The notes under the pieces were generated by a model. The model was not told the DNA's origin. It made no database searches and saw only the letters and a program-made list of their open reading frames with translations. The position numbers and the translations under genes are program-made. A stretch of DNA of 58,705 bases from Rhizaria sp. SCN 62-66 (lineage: Eukaryota): positions 1 to 58,705 of the forward strand of contig MEDY01000179.1 of the NCBI GenBank assembly GCA_001724265.1. The letters are read 5' to 3'. Of the stretch, positions 10,614 through 22,600 are shown piece by piece. Every line of letters starts with the position of its first letter. Position 1 is the stretch's first letter.

Positions 10614-13600
10614 TTACGCAAACCACGCAGAGTCGAACATCTTGGAGTGCCTCCAGGGCCTGTTCGCAGCGGCGATGTGCCTCCGCACAATAACACGCGC
10701 GCTCTCATAACCCTGAACATCCGCGTGGCTGATGCCATCATCCTCACCGCGACTATGCGTCGCCAGTCGAAGACGAGGCGTAAGCGGCGCAGAAGGAAGC
10801 GTAACAGAATTTAGGCTGGTCTGAGTCTGCGACTGCTGCTCAAAGAATGTGTCGTGTGTGACAGCGCGGTTCATCGCAGAGTGTGCCATGTTAGTGTCAG
10901 GTGTGTGCAATGCTGCAAGAGTCAGCGCGCGAGACCATAAAGAGTCACTGTCAACACTAACGCGAAGATTTTCGGCATCAGTGTTGTCACCCGGGATCGG
11001 GTTGTGTACTGTGAGCAGGAGAGGGTGTGTATGGGCGAGCAGGCCTGGCGCAACATCGCTCAATGCGCAGTCAAGCAGCCACAACGGTGTGCGCTCACTC
11101 AAAGACAGTGACTGCAACAGCGATGAGTTCTGATGCATGTAATTCTCGCTACTGGTGGCATCGGACTGTGAGAGAGCAGGAGTAAACGCAGTCATCTCAG
11201 CAACACCTGCTTTGTACATCATCGTGGCGTTCTCGGCGGAGCTAACCGGGCTGGTTCCGCTGCTTGAAGTGTCACGTTCGATGGCACGTGCACGCAACTT
11301 TGCAGCGCTGAGATCCTTGCTCGACACTGAGAGTGCATTAAGTGACGGGACAAGTGAGAACGCTGTCGGAGCAGCAGCAAAGCCGATGACAGTGCCACTC
11401 TTCTCTCGGCTATCATCACCAGTGTTCGAAGTTGTCATATGCTGTGATGCAGGGGCAGGCAAAGGCTCCGTGAGGTTGATGGCGGCCATACGCAGCGGCA
11501 CTCCGCCATGCAAGCAAGCAGACGTGTGGCTATGCTCTAGTTCTTGTGTGTGCGGTTGTGTGTCTTCAACTCTGTCGTTGTTGCGATGATCGGCCGGCAA
11601 AGGATAGGACAGATACTGACCACCCGACTCGAGCACATTAGCGTATACACGCAGCGCCAGCCTCGCCACAGCGACCTCCACCTCACGTGCACTGACGCGA
11701 GCAGCATTCGTGCTCATATCGGCACCAGTGGCGCCTTGAGTACTCGCACCGCCATTGTTCAGGGCAGGACGGGCCGCTGAAGGCCAGCCTTCTCCGGCCA
11801 GCACCTGTGGATGCACCAGCGTCCGCATCGACGGGTGCGCGAGCAGCGGCAGCCGCAGCGTCGACCACAGCCCGTCCAGCGCCTGTGCCGAGAAGATCGC
11901 CTTGCGTTGCGGCAACAGCGCCGAGGACACCGCAGCGGGCACGCCGCGGGGAAGAGTCGAGCGCGCGTAGGCAATCTCGGCGGCCGCGGCGGCGCGCACC
12001 GCGCTGTGCACGGTCGCAGCGTATACTGCAGGACCCACTGCAAGTCGGGAGCGAGCGCGAGAACGCGACTGGGACGCATTGGTGCCGCCACCGCCGCCGT
12101 TGGGGCCCGGCTGGAAAGGTTGTGCAGAAACTGAAGGGGCATCAAAGCGGATCGAGCGCAGAAACCGACTGGAAGTGTTTTCTTGCGGTGATGAGCTGCA
12201 GAAATCCACACTGTTTGTTGACACGACTGCGGCGATTGCCGCCACGGCCGAAGTTGCAGCGCGCGAACGGCGGGCCACGTCCTTGATCTGCGCACGGTAA
12301 GACTCAACTGCAGTGAGCAGCGCGCCACTGCCCGCAAACACTATCGCGCTGGGCGCTGTGGTGGACGGGATGAGCGCCAGTGCGTGCGTCGCGAACGAGG
12401 TGGACTTGGCGTGAGGAGTTGCACGACTTATGACGTCATTATTAGTCTTAGTAAGCGTGACAGCAGGGGGAACTGGAGAGAGAAGGCCGCGGGGAACAAC
12501 GGGAGCAACGCCCAGAAGCGCTGCAAATACAGAGCCAAACGCCGCGTATACGCTGGGCGAAACTGACACCGCACTGGAGCGCACCGACGCAGCAACATGA
12601 GGGAGCTTACTTTCAGACATAACTCCATGCCCAGCACGCACACACGCGTCACCGGCACTCGCGATCACGCCGCTTTGCTGTGTGTGGGTGGTAGTAGCAG
12701 CAGGCTCAAAGATAACAGCCGCATCAGTTGCAGTCAAAAGAGCCGTCGTTGTAGCAGTGATTGAGGGGGGTGAGATAAGCACGGGTGGGGCCAGTGCGGC
12801 TATCAAAGGCGGCAGTGCCGCATCGCTAGTCACAACATCACTAGCCTTGCTGGTGTCATCACGTTGTTCTTGCTGTGGTTGCTGCTGCTTCATAAACTGC
12901 TGATGTTGTTGCTTTTGATGCTGCTTATGCTGCTGCTTATCTTCGCGGTACGCGTTCATACTGGCGTACATTGTCGCGTTAGCCGCTGCTGCTGCCGCAA
13001 CCGCGCCTTGCCCCTGCATCTTCTGCAGCTGCTGCTGTTGTTGTTGTTGCATCATGTAGTGGTACTGTATCTGCAGCTGTTGTCCGTGGTGGCTCTGAGA
13101 GCTGTGCTGTGGCGGCGGCACGAAGGGCGTCGTCAGGGAGTCCCACAGCGGGAACGCGCTCGCCGCCGACTGCGCGCTTGTGGACGCTGATACTGCAAGC
13201 GCAGCAAAGGCGCGCACGCGCGGTGGCAGCGGGGACAGCGCACGGGGGTTCTCGGAAGACGCAGCTACCGCCAGGACGGTGCGGCGGCGCCATAGTGGCA
13301 GCGGCATGAACACCTGATGCTGCGCTGGCAACAATGCAGCTTCATCAACTGCACCTGAATCGATTGCATTTGTGACATCATAGTTGTCGCTAAAGTGAGA
13401 ATTACTCCCCGGTGACACCTGGGTAGACAATGGTTGTGGCAACGCTGTAGTGGTCGTGCGCCAGGGGACTTGCGCCGGGGCCACGCGGGCCGCGAACCAG
13501 GCGTCCGACACCGAGATCGAGAGCTGCTGCGCAGATGGCGGGCCACGGTGCGGTGTCGGGGGCGGCGCGCACAGGGCTACTTGCTGCAGTTGCAGCCGCG

Positions 13601-16600
13601 TCCACGCTCCGGAGTCGCTCTTGTCAGCGGCATTGGAGACAGCGTGATTGTTATTGCTGTTGCTGTAAGTCATTTCTGAGTGGATCCGCCCCAGCGCTGC
13701 GAGCGCGCGGCGGAAGCGCGAGCCCACCGGCGGCGCTCGCAGGTCCCAGCTGTAGGCGTCGCCAAAGTCCGTCAGCGACAGCACGCGCGCACGCGGAAGC
13801 AGCGGCAGCGCGTGCGACTGCGATTGGCACAAAGACGGAGACTGCGAGGGCGTTGAAGATTGCGTCTCGTGCGCCGCTGAGGCAGCGCAAAGCAGCCAAT
13901 ACAACTCATGATCGTCGCTGTTGCGCACACTTGCAGATGTGAGGATTGACCGGGCGAGCTCCAGCGCTGCGCGTGGCTCTGTCGGCAGTGTTGCTGCAGG
14001 TGCCGTCTGCAGGGCACTAGCAGCGGCCCAGGCTGCTGCAAATGTTCGGCGTGAAAGCGGCAACGGCGACGTAATGGGACGCGAAGCAGACGAAAAAAGC
14101 TCTGCCCTCGCCATGTTCGTATCACCCGCATAATTGTCACTAAAGTCATAATTATACAAGGATGCTTTATCAGTGATGTTGTCTTCAATCGCCTGGAGTG
14201 TTTGGGAAAGTGCAAGAGCAAGTGTTGCCGTCGCGGGTGACGAAAACGATGTCAGAACACCTTTGCTTGGGCCTTGGCGCAACTTGGCAGCGTACGGCTC
14301 GAGCAAAGCAGCATCGCAGTTGGCATCAACAACAGCAGTCACGCCAGCATGTGGGCGTGTGTTCGAAGTGTGTGCAGCTCCCGTATCGACATCACTTCTG
14401 CGTGGTTGCGGCAACTGAGATGAGGGCCAGAGCGCAAGAGATGCAGCTGTGGCCGCAAGCCCGCCGCGGCCAATGTTTCCGAGGGCCAGGTCCGCAGCGA
14501 GCACCGCGCCCGCGCGCTGGCGGGGCCGGCCGCGGCGCCTAAACAAAAGAACGGGCGCCTCTTTGCCCAAACGAGCAGCATTAGACACACGTTGCGATCT
14601 GATAGGGTTGGCATCCTCGCTACTATCAGTGGTGTGCTGGAGTTTAAGTGCAGCGGCGTGCGCGGCCGCAGATGCGGGCAGGCGTGAGAGCAACTCAGTG
14701 ACATCAGCAGCGTGGTCGTCGTCGTAGTCGCCGCCGATATTCGTGCGCTGCAGCGGTGGCGGTGCCGTGGTGGCGTGCAGGGCCGAGTAGCGCTGCGTCT
14801 GCGTCCGCGGCGTCCAGGCGGTCGCTGGCAGCAAAGCCGCGTGCAGCGCGCTGTTGCTGCCCACGCTCACGCTGGGGGCTTGCACGCCAGCGCGAGCGGC
14901 TGCCTCCCCGCCGGAGCCGGCGATTTCTTCGCTGGCAAGCGTGATGTAGGGGGAATACACCGAGGCGGAGCCAACAGACACGCCAGGCGGTGGCAACGGG
15001 CATCGCGCAGCTGCGGCGTCGGCGCGCGAAGCGGCTGCCGACATCCCGCTGGCCCGCAGCAGCGACCGAGTAAAGATGTTGGGCCGGTTCTCGCAGTGCT
15101 CGCGAAGTTTGGCATCTGGCAGTGTGGAGTTGTTCTGAGCAAGAGCGTCAGCAACAAGCTCGGGGTCATCATGATCGAACCCTTCTTCTTGATCTTGAAC
15201 TTGTTCATCCTCGAAATTGTCCGTAATAACATCAGCGGCGTCGGTGCGCGTGCGGTCTGCAACAGCCGTCGACGAATTAGCATGGTCACTCGTGGTCGTC
15301 GTCGCAGCTGAAGCTACAGAAGGCTTGGTGAGGCCGGCAACGTCGCTGTGGATACTGCCAGGCCGCGCCCGCGCCCTTGCAAGGGCCTTGCTCATCGTTG
15401 TAGGAGTCGCAGGCACTGCGGATAAAGCAAGTGCAACAGGGGCGCTAGACATCGATTGCGTTTCTGAGGCAGTTGAGCTCTCAGCTTGACCAGGAGCATT
15501 TTTGTTCGCACGCTTCGGCGGGAAGCTAGCCCAGCTCATCGGCGGCGTCAACGTGACGAAATTAGCGATGCTCTCACCCTCGCTCGCAATGGTGGTGTTC
15601 TTCCTCACCGCCAGCAGTGGCAGCACGGCGTCCTCGATGATGCTCAGCAGGTCGAGCCGCTCGCGCTCCGACAACGGGTGCAGCGCGGGCTGTGGGTCGG
15701 ACAGGTAGGGCATCAGCGCGCGCGTCGCGAGAGGAAGCGCGGACCCCGAATGGGGGAGCTGCGAGGATGATTTCGACGCTGTACCTAAAGTGACACTGCA
15801 GTCACTATGTGCAGCAGCATTGTCACGCACTACTTCAATGCGGCTACGGCGCAAAGATGACGAAAGCATGGCGCTATGCGCACTGCGGATGTCAGCGCAG
15901 ACGTCAGCAGGACTGAGCCACTGAAGCGAGCCCAGCGCCGGGCCAGTGCGCGCGCGCTTCGGCAACGTGACGATTCCGCCCGCGCCGCCCACAGGCAGCA
16001 TCGGCGAGCCCAGCGTGACGCTGCTGGAGCTCAGTGTGATGCCGTTGCCGGCATTGTTGCCGCCGCCCGCGCTGGCGACGGCGACCGTGGCCGTGCCCGG
16101 TTCCCCCGCGCCGCCAGTGCGGTGCGACGCGGTGCCCGCGTACACCGTCGCGAGCGGGAACTCGGACGCTGCCAGTGCGGCGACACGCTCGGCGGCCAGC
16201 GACTGCGAGTGCGAGAGCGCGGCGCCAAACGGCACGATGCGCGACACGCCGTCGCTTGCAGCGGCGGCGGCCACCAAAGCGGCGCGGGCAGCAGCGGTCG
16301 CGCCACCGCGGCCTATGCGCTGACGCAGCGGCAACAGCTTCTGTTGCTGCTTCTGGTCGTGCTCTCCGTCGTTGGTAGTGTCCGCAGTGTCAGCAGCGTC
16401 CGTTCTTTCGGTAATTGTCGCCCTGGCCGCCTTCCCCGCGGCAGCGGCAGCGGCGACAGCGGGAACGGCTATGACCGGCGGCAGCGAGCCCTGCAGCGTG
16501 GCGTTGAGCGCCTTGAAGCCTGTTTCCGCGGTCACCGCAAGCACGACGCCGTGATTGTGCGAGCCGCCCGGCGGCGGCGACGGCGGCGGCAGCGCGAGAG

Positions 16601-19600
16601 CGGGCACCGCGCCGACGGCCGACGCCGCCGCAAAGGCCCCCGCGTTGGCCACGACGGGCGCGAGCAGGCGCGAGAGCAGCGGGCGCGCGGCGAACGCGTG
16701 CACGAGCACGTCCCGCACTGCGCGCGGCACCGGCACGGCGCACAGCGCGGTCGCGGTGCCGCGGGCGCGCGCCGCTGCGGCGGACAGCTGCGACGATGGG
16801 GCGATGTTCGGCTGCACGCTGGCGCAGACAACGGCGCTGACGGTCGCAGTGGCCATGAGGAGTTCCTTCACGAACGCGGCGGCGGCGGCGACTTCGTCGT
16901 CGTCGAGCAGCCGCTGCAGGCGCGAGACCTGCGCAGCAGGGGGCAGGCGCGCCAGCGGGGACGAGAGGTGGAGCTGCGTGCGCACCGTCACCGTCACAGA
17001 CTCGCTGCTGCTGTCGCGCGCGGAGTCTGACTGCGCGACTGTGGACGTGGCGTTGACAAAGGCGCCTTGGCCGGGAAGCACAGCGCCCTCAGCAGTTGTG
17101 GAGGTTGTGTACTTGCTCTTAGAGTGAGCACCATTTGCATACGTCTCGACAAGTGAGGTAGCAAGGGCGGCAACTGAGCCCACGCTCAGCTCACCCTTTG
17201 TGTCTGCGTCTTTGCTCTGCGCGCTTGTCTTGCGAACACGGGCGCGAAACGTTGCAACTTTGAGTGCAGAGGCGATCGCGGTGTGTTGCGTCACCGCCAG
17301 CGGATGATACCATTCGCGCCACTCACTGTCGTCACTGGTAATGTCAATATCAGCATCAAAGTCATTACCGCTGTTTCCCGACAGCGCGTTACTGCTCGCA
17401 GCAAACGGACGGTCTGCGCCAAGCAGCGGCGCGTCCCGTGTCGCAGTCTCGGCCGCAGCGGCGCCGTGCGCCGCCCACGTGGCCGCCGCAAGCCCCGCCG
17501 CCACGGCCTCCGATTCAGCCACCGCGCGCTGCTCGTCATCGCCGCAGGCCGGGCCGCGTCCGCGCCGCCCGACCCTGCTGAGCGGGGTGACGGGGAGCGC
17601 GGCGGGGAACTGCGCGGCAAGCGCGAGCGGCGCTGTGACGGCCGAGGCGGCGACGGCGGCGGCGGGCGGCACGAGCCCCAGCATCGGCGACCGCGGCGAC
17701 GGCACCGGGCCCAGGGCAGCGTGGTGGAACGGGCGGTACTTGTACCGACTGGGGACCGCGGTAGCGGCGCCAGCGGGACTTTGTGCAGAGCTAGTGTGAC
17801 TTGTCACCGCCTTTGCCGGCGTCATCGTGCCTCGCGCGTAACGGTAAACGCCACCACCCCTCATAACCGGCTGTTGGAACTCTGACTGTGAGTCAGTCAA
17901 GCTACTCGCGCTGCCAGGAGGTTTGCGCGACAGCAGGCGCGCGAGGAGCCGGCCCGAGAGGGCTGGTCCGCGGTGCGCGCAGTCGTGGCTGTGCACGGGC
18001 AGGTAGGGGTCCCAGCGGGACTGTGGCGAGTAGTTGGTCATTTGCGAGAAGAACTGCTCGAAGCCTTCGTGGTCCTCCTCTTCCGCATCATCTAATTCGG
18101 CGTCACCGTTGTTCACATGCGTGCTTGCAGTGACAATGCCGGCTGTGGTACGCTGCTGCAGCCCGCCGCGCGCCTCAGCGCGTGCTGCTTCCGTCGCGTA
18201 GGCCTCTGCGAGCAGCACGCCGATGGGCAGCGGCGGCGCCGTCGCCAGCGGGCCCCAGCCCAGCAGCGCGCGCGGGCAGTGGAACTCGCTGTCGGCCGCC
18301 GCGGCAGCGCCGGCGCCGCGTGTCAGCGCTGCGGCGGGCAGCTGGGGCGCCGTGCCCTGCTTACTCTCGCCAGCACTGCCGCCGGCGCTGGTCACGGGAG
18401 TCGCACTTGAGTTGCTGTCATCATTCCCGGCGCTAGCCTTGTCGTTTCGTGCGAGATTTGCGGCGACCTCGGCATTGGCAGCTTCCCAGGCGGCCGCCTC
18501 GGTGAATCCCGTGACACTGGCCCATGTCGAGGTGACTTCGGCGCGGCGGCGCGCGCCCTTGGACGCTGCGTGCTCGAGCAGGCGCAGCAGCTGCGTGGCG
18601 CGGAGCTCGCCCTCGAGGTAGCCCTCGCGCGCGCACAGGCGGCGCAGCAGGTGCAGCATGGCCGGCGACAGCGCAATCGAGACCGAGGCGAAGAGGCGCG
18701 ACACGCGGGCGATGTGGTTATGCCATGGGGCGGGCGGCGCCGAGAGGGTGAACAGGCCGCCAGACCCAGCGTCAGCGAGAAAGTCACCATTTTCATTGTT
18801 GCTGTCGGTAGTCTTGTCTGAGTTACTACTGCTGGCGGTGACGTTCTCGAAAGACGACAGAATGCGTCCCAGAGTGCGGCGCTCGGCCTCTGCCTCGGCG
18901 ACTGCAGCCGCGGGGACCGCGGGCACGAGCAGCGCCGAGGGCGGCGGGAAGGAGAAGGGCGAAACCGGCCGCGGGTCGTGCGCATACAGCGCGCCCGCGA
19001 AGAGCGACAGCGGCAGCGGCGACTGCGAGCTGAGGGCGTAGTCGCCAAGCGACGAAAACAGCTGCTCCGCGCTAGCGACCGTGGCCGGCGCGCTCGCACT
19101 TGCATTAGAGCGAAAGGTGACGTTGTTGTCTTCGTCAGCACTCCGAATCGCGGCGGTCGCGGCATCGTAGAGGGTGCCGCGCACCATGTCCGAGTCTAAG
19201 TGCCGGCTCGCCGCGCCGTCTGAGCAGCCTGCAACGCCGGCACTGCCGTCGGGGCGATAGCCGTCGTACAGCAGGGCGGCGGCGGCGCCCTGAGGCGACA
19301 GCGGCTCCACCAGCGGTGACGGCGCCAGCAGGTGCGAGCTCAGCAGCAGCTGACTCGCCATGTGGTTGCTGCTGCCGCCACTGTTGTTAGAAGCATTGTG
19401 CATAGGCGTGGGCTGGACAGTGGACCAGTGCGGCTCGGCCAGCAGGGCCTCGCCCATAGTAGCGCCGGGGCCTGGCTTAGCGTGCGCCCACCACGGCACC
19501 GCAGCGGCTGCCGCGGCGGTGCTGCCGTGGGCCGCCGCCATCGCGGCCGCCAGCTGCACCGGCGCGCGCGCCGTGGCGCCGTACACTGTCGTCGCCACGG

Positions 19601-22600
19601 GCGGCTGCGCGGCGGCGGCCGAGGCGAGCGCCGCGACTGAAGGGTCGCCGCCGCCACTGCCGAGCGAGGACACCGACAGGCCCGGGTACGGCGGCTGCGT
19701 GCACACGGTCGGCGCGGGCGCCAGCGCCAGCGCCGGCGCGGTCAGCAGATGCGGCGAGTGCGGCAGCGCGCGCGAGCCCAGCGGCGGTGTCGGCACCAGC
19801 GCGCCCAGCGGCACCAGCGGCGCCAGCGGCACGACGTCGTCAGAAATCGGAGGTCTAGAGCCACCCTTGGTGGCGGGCTTATCGCCCTTCGTAGCACTGC
19901 CAGGGCGCTTGGTCTCTGTGGAGAGGCGGCGGACGGGGGCAGAGCCTGGACCAGGGAATGCAGGGCGCGACTGCTGCTGAATGTGTTGTTGGCGTTGTTT
20001 GCTGCCACTGACCCGAGCACTGTCAGGACTCGTCGTCGCAGAATTATAGTTCTGAGAAGACTTGTTCTGTTGCGGCTTCTGGTGTTCATTCTTATTGTTA
20101 TTGAAAGAACTCGTGCTACTGGCATTCGCGCCAGTGCTACTCTTGTTGTTACTCTTGTTGTTAACCGTGCTCTCTGTCACCGAGTGCGCGGGTGCGCCGT
20201 CGTTGTCCGTGCCGCTGAAAGAGGACTTGCCGAGCCGCGTGGCCTTAAAGCCGACAGTCTTGACAAGGTTCGTGTGCGAGAGCTGCAGCCCAGTCGAGTG
20301 CAACAGCGCCAGCGCCGTCGGCAGCGCAGCGCCCACCGCGTACTCGTACCCGCTCTGCGCGACGTCGTCGCTTGCGTTGTTAGACGCGAGAGCGGCGGAG
20401 CCCAAGTGGGAGCACCGCAGGCTCGAGTGCGACAAGCGTCTCAGCCACTCGCCCTCGGCCACGCTGCCGCTCGCGCGCGTGGGCAAGATGTTTTGCTCGA
20501 ATGCACGGCGCCTCATGTCGGTGCGTTCCCGCGCAAGGTTAAGCCGCCTGCTGCGCGACAGCATGAGCTCCCACACAGTGACATCTGCGCCGACTGCAGG
20601 CACCAGCGGCACGGGCCGCGAGCCGGTGTCAGTGGCGTCAACATCATCGTTGCAAGGGTTGCTGTGGGCAATAAGGGATTCAACACAGTTATTCACATTG
20701 TGGTTAGGGCTCCGCACAGGGCCAGCACTTCTGGTATTGTTGTTGGCCTGATGTTGCTGTTGCAACGCGCTGGGGTCGGCGGGCCGGCCCACAGTGGTGG
20801 CACCCTCGGCCGCGGTCAGCACCGCGTGCGCGAATAGCAGCTCGGCGACGGCCTGCGTCACCGGCGGCGCCGTGTAGGGCGGCGGCAGACGCAGCGCAAG
20901 CTCTGTGTTGCGCGCGAACTGCTCCACCTTGTCGTGGTCGCCCAGGCGGATGTGCAGTGCAAGCCGGCACGACAGCAGCGCGGGCGGCAGCGTCGCGTGC
21001 AGCGCCCAGGGCCGCACCGGGTGCAGGCGCGACAGGCTGGCGCGGCCGTTGTTGGCCGCGGTGCTGTCGCAGCCTTCTGAATGTGCATTGATGCCGCTGT
21101 TCGAAGCATCGATCGAGCTTCCAGCTTTGCTGCTGTTGATACTGACGCTGTTGGTATGATTGCTCGCAGTGCTGGGAGCGTCGTAAAGGCTATCAGACAC
21201 CGGCGTCGGCACTGGCATGGAGCACGACCCAGTAGACGCGGTTGAAGCGGCGGCATCTCCCGACGCCCAGGGCTGCAAGGGCATCAGGCGGCCGCTGGCG
21301 GTGTCACCGACGCGGCGCAGCGCGTTCGCGAAGGGGCCCTGCTCGCAGAAAGCCGGGTCTGTGAGGTCGCCCATCTGCCCGCCGCGCAGCCGCAGCAGCG
21401 CCAGCCCGCCGCCCGACACCGTTGTGCCCTCCACACCGAGCTGGGGACTCGACTGGCCGTCCGGCTCCGAGCGGCTGCGCGTGCCGTGCGCGCAGTGAGT
21501 GTCCGAGAGCAAAGGCACTGCGGCCTCGCGGTCGGCGATGCCGTCGAGCCCCAGTGTCAGCCCGCGCGCGTGCGCCCACGCGAGGTACCGGCTGCCGTAC
21601 ATAGTGTCGGGCCCCGTCGCGGGCAGGTGGCCACGCAGCGGCCACTGCGCCTGAGGTTGTGGCTGTGACTGGGTGTTGGCGGCGTTGCCGGTGCGCGGGA
21701 CTGCGGCGACTAAAGGGTAGTCCGCGACAAACCCGTGCATCAGCGCGGCGGCAGGCAGCGCGTCGGTCATGTGGGGCGCCTCCGCGCTCTCTGAACGCAA
21801 ACCGGGGCCACCGGTCTGGGAGGTGTCACGGCGACTTGACTTCTCGAGGTACGGATAGTCGTCGTCGCCGCGGCCGAGTCCAACGGTCCAGTCGCAGTCG
21901 AACGGGTCTGCGGGTGAGGCGCCGCGTGCAACGGCCATGTCGGTGACGCGGCGCAGCACGGCGAGCGCGTGGCGCGCGATCGCCTCGGCCGCGGGCGTGC
22001 GCGCAAGTGCCACGAGCGCCGAGGCGGGCACGGGCAGCGCGGCCGCCGAGTACGGCAGCGACGGCGGCGGCAGCACGGACACCGGAGCGGCCGGCGACGT
22101 GGCGTACGAAGACTGCCACACCGAGCTGGTCCTGGCATTGCTACTACTGTCGCCACTGTTGTCGGTTTGCGGGAACGTGTCCGAAGGTAGCAAGTGGTCG
22201 CTGGACAGGAACTGGCCCTGAGTCAACGCGTCCTTGGCGGGACTCGCGCCGCTGGCCACACCGGCGCCGGCGCCGGCCACGTAGCGCGCAGTGGTGAGGC
22301 GGGCCTTGGCCTCCGTGGGCGCGGTGTGGCCGTCCGCCACAAACGCGGGGGTGCCCGGCGCGCCCGCCGCAAACTCGGCCTGCGACTGCTGCGCCTGTGC
22401 TTGTGGCGGCGACTGGGAGCCGCCAGTGCGCGGCTGCGCGCCGTGCTGCGGCGGCCGGGGCGGCGCGGAGACGGGGCCCAGGCCGGCCGTGGCGGGCGAC
22501 GACAGCGCGTCGGCGAGCCGCAAACAGGCCTGGGCGTAGAACGTCGCCGCCTCCATGCGCAGCACACCGATCTCGGTCAACGACAGCGGCGAGAAGGGAA